Assembly (NCBI GenBank): GCA_002724735.1
Contig: PBPT01000082.1
Coordinates: 41,016 to 105,015, forward strand
Source: Fidelibacterota bacterium
GTDB lineage: Bacteria > Fidelibacterota > Marinisomatia > Marinisomatales > TCS55
Direction: 5' to 3'
DNA: 64,000 nt
Under the pieces are notes generated by a model, which made no database searches, had not been told where the DNA came from, and saw only the letters and a list, made by a program, of their open reading frames with translations. A program made the position numbers and the translations under genes. Of the stretch, positions 63,572-64,000 are shown one piece after another. Positions within the stretch are counted from its first letter, which is position 1. Each line of letters starts with the position of its first letter.

Positions 63572-64000
63572 ATGGCAATAAGTGGATTTAATCAACTAGC
63601 AAATAGAATAGCATCTACAGCAGATACCATTTCTACAACCGCACAAACTATAAACGCTTTTAATAGAGGCTTAGGAAGTGGTGGTAATCTGATGAATACA
63701 GTTGCAAGTATAGGTAGGGGAGCTCAAACAGTTTCCAATACAGTAACAGCCGCCCAAGCTTTTTTAGGCGGATCTACTAGAGGTAACTTAGGAAGTTCAA
63801 TACGCATGTTCGGTAATGCATCGCAAGGTGTAAGATTTAATGCGGCACCACCTGATCCTATGGTAAAACGTGCTATTGTATCAAATAGTGTGAATCCTAA
63901 TTTCGACGGAGGCGACTGGCGAGTTTCTATTAGTGTGCCACCAGAAATACAAGGAGGACCTATTCTTGCTCCTTTAACAATGGAAGGTGGAAACTCAAAA
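63572..64000 (+). CDS. Partial ORF (N-terminal 143 codons), possible baseplate/tail-tube-associated protein
   Basis: Manual translation MAISGFNQLANRIAST...GGDWRVSISVPPEIQGGPILAPLTMEGGNSK is open to the window end. SD GGAG lies 11 nt upstream. Absent from the ORF track because no stop falls in the window. Any gp48-like assignment is a guess. Confidence 0.5.
   Translation, partial: MAISGFNQLANRIASTADTISTTAQTINAFNRGLGSGGNLMNTVASIGRGAQTVSNTVTAAQAFLGGSTRGNLGSSIRMFGNASQGVRFNAAPPDPMVKRAIVSNSVNPNFDGGDWRVSISVPPEIQGGPILAPLTMEGGNSK

Overview
This AT-rich window reads as one contiguous piece of a distant T4-like myovirus genome. I saw no cellular housekeeping genes, tRNAs or CRISPR arrays.

T4-type core genes:
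- Tail sheath gp18, split by one in-frame TGA.
- dNMP kinase (gp1-like), neck gp13, a gp14-position gene, and gp15.
- Portal gp20, prohead protease gp21, scaffold gp22, and major capsid protein gp23.
- A gp26-like hub protein, the gp46/gp47 nuclease pair, and late sigma factor gp55.

Two promoter classes are visible:
- Perfect sigma70 promoters (TTGACA-N17-TATAAT) precede the early genes: dNMP kinase, the heptose operon, gp47/46 and gp55.
- T4-type late boxes (NATAAATA) precede the structural genes.

Accessory content:
1. An early six-gene operon (8.0-12.3 kb) encodes most of the ADP-L-glycero-D-manno-heptose pathway (hldE, hldD, gmhB). Two putative 2OG oxygenases and a PMI-type cupin are interleaved with these genes.
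2. A roughly 32 kb minus-strand tail-fibre block (12.2-44.0 kb) contains:
   - giant repeat proteins of 2125, 1590 and 1641 aa;
   - a GT9 heptosyltransferase-like gene, a NodU/CmcH carbamoyltransferase and an SGNH-like gene;
   - three paralogous proteins very rich in Cys and Gly, paired with tail-fibre-assembly-chaperone-like partners;
   - several small paralog families.
3. A candidate ~250-nt structured RNA lies between the capsid gene and the fibre block. It has its own sigma70 promoter and intrinsic terminator.
4. An MptE/DUF115-like gene sits inside the head module.
5. Two basic low-complexity proteins have N-termini resembling the T4 capsid-targeting sequence.
6. There are HNH and GIY-YIG homing-endonuclease-like genes. 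The GIY-YIG gene is followed by ~330 nt of hairpin-rich non-coding sequence.

All homology statements come from reading the translations and comparing them with reference sequences from memory. No database search was run.
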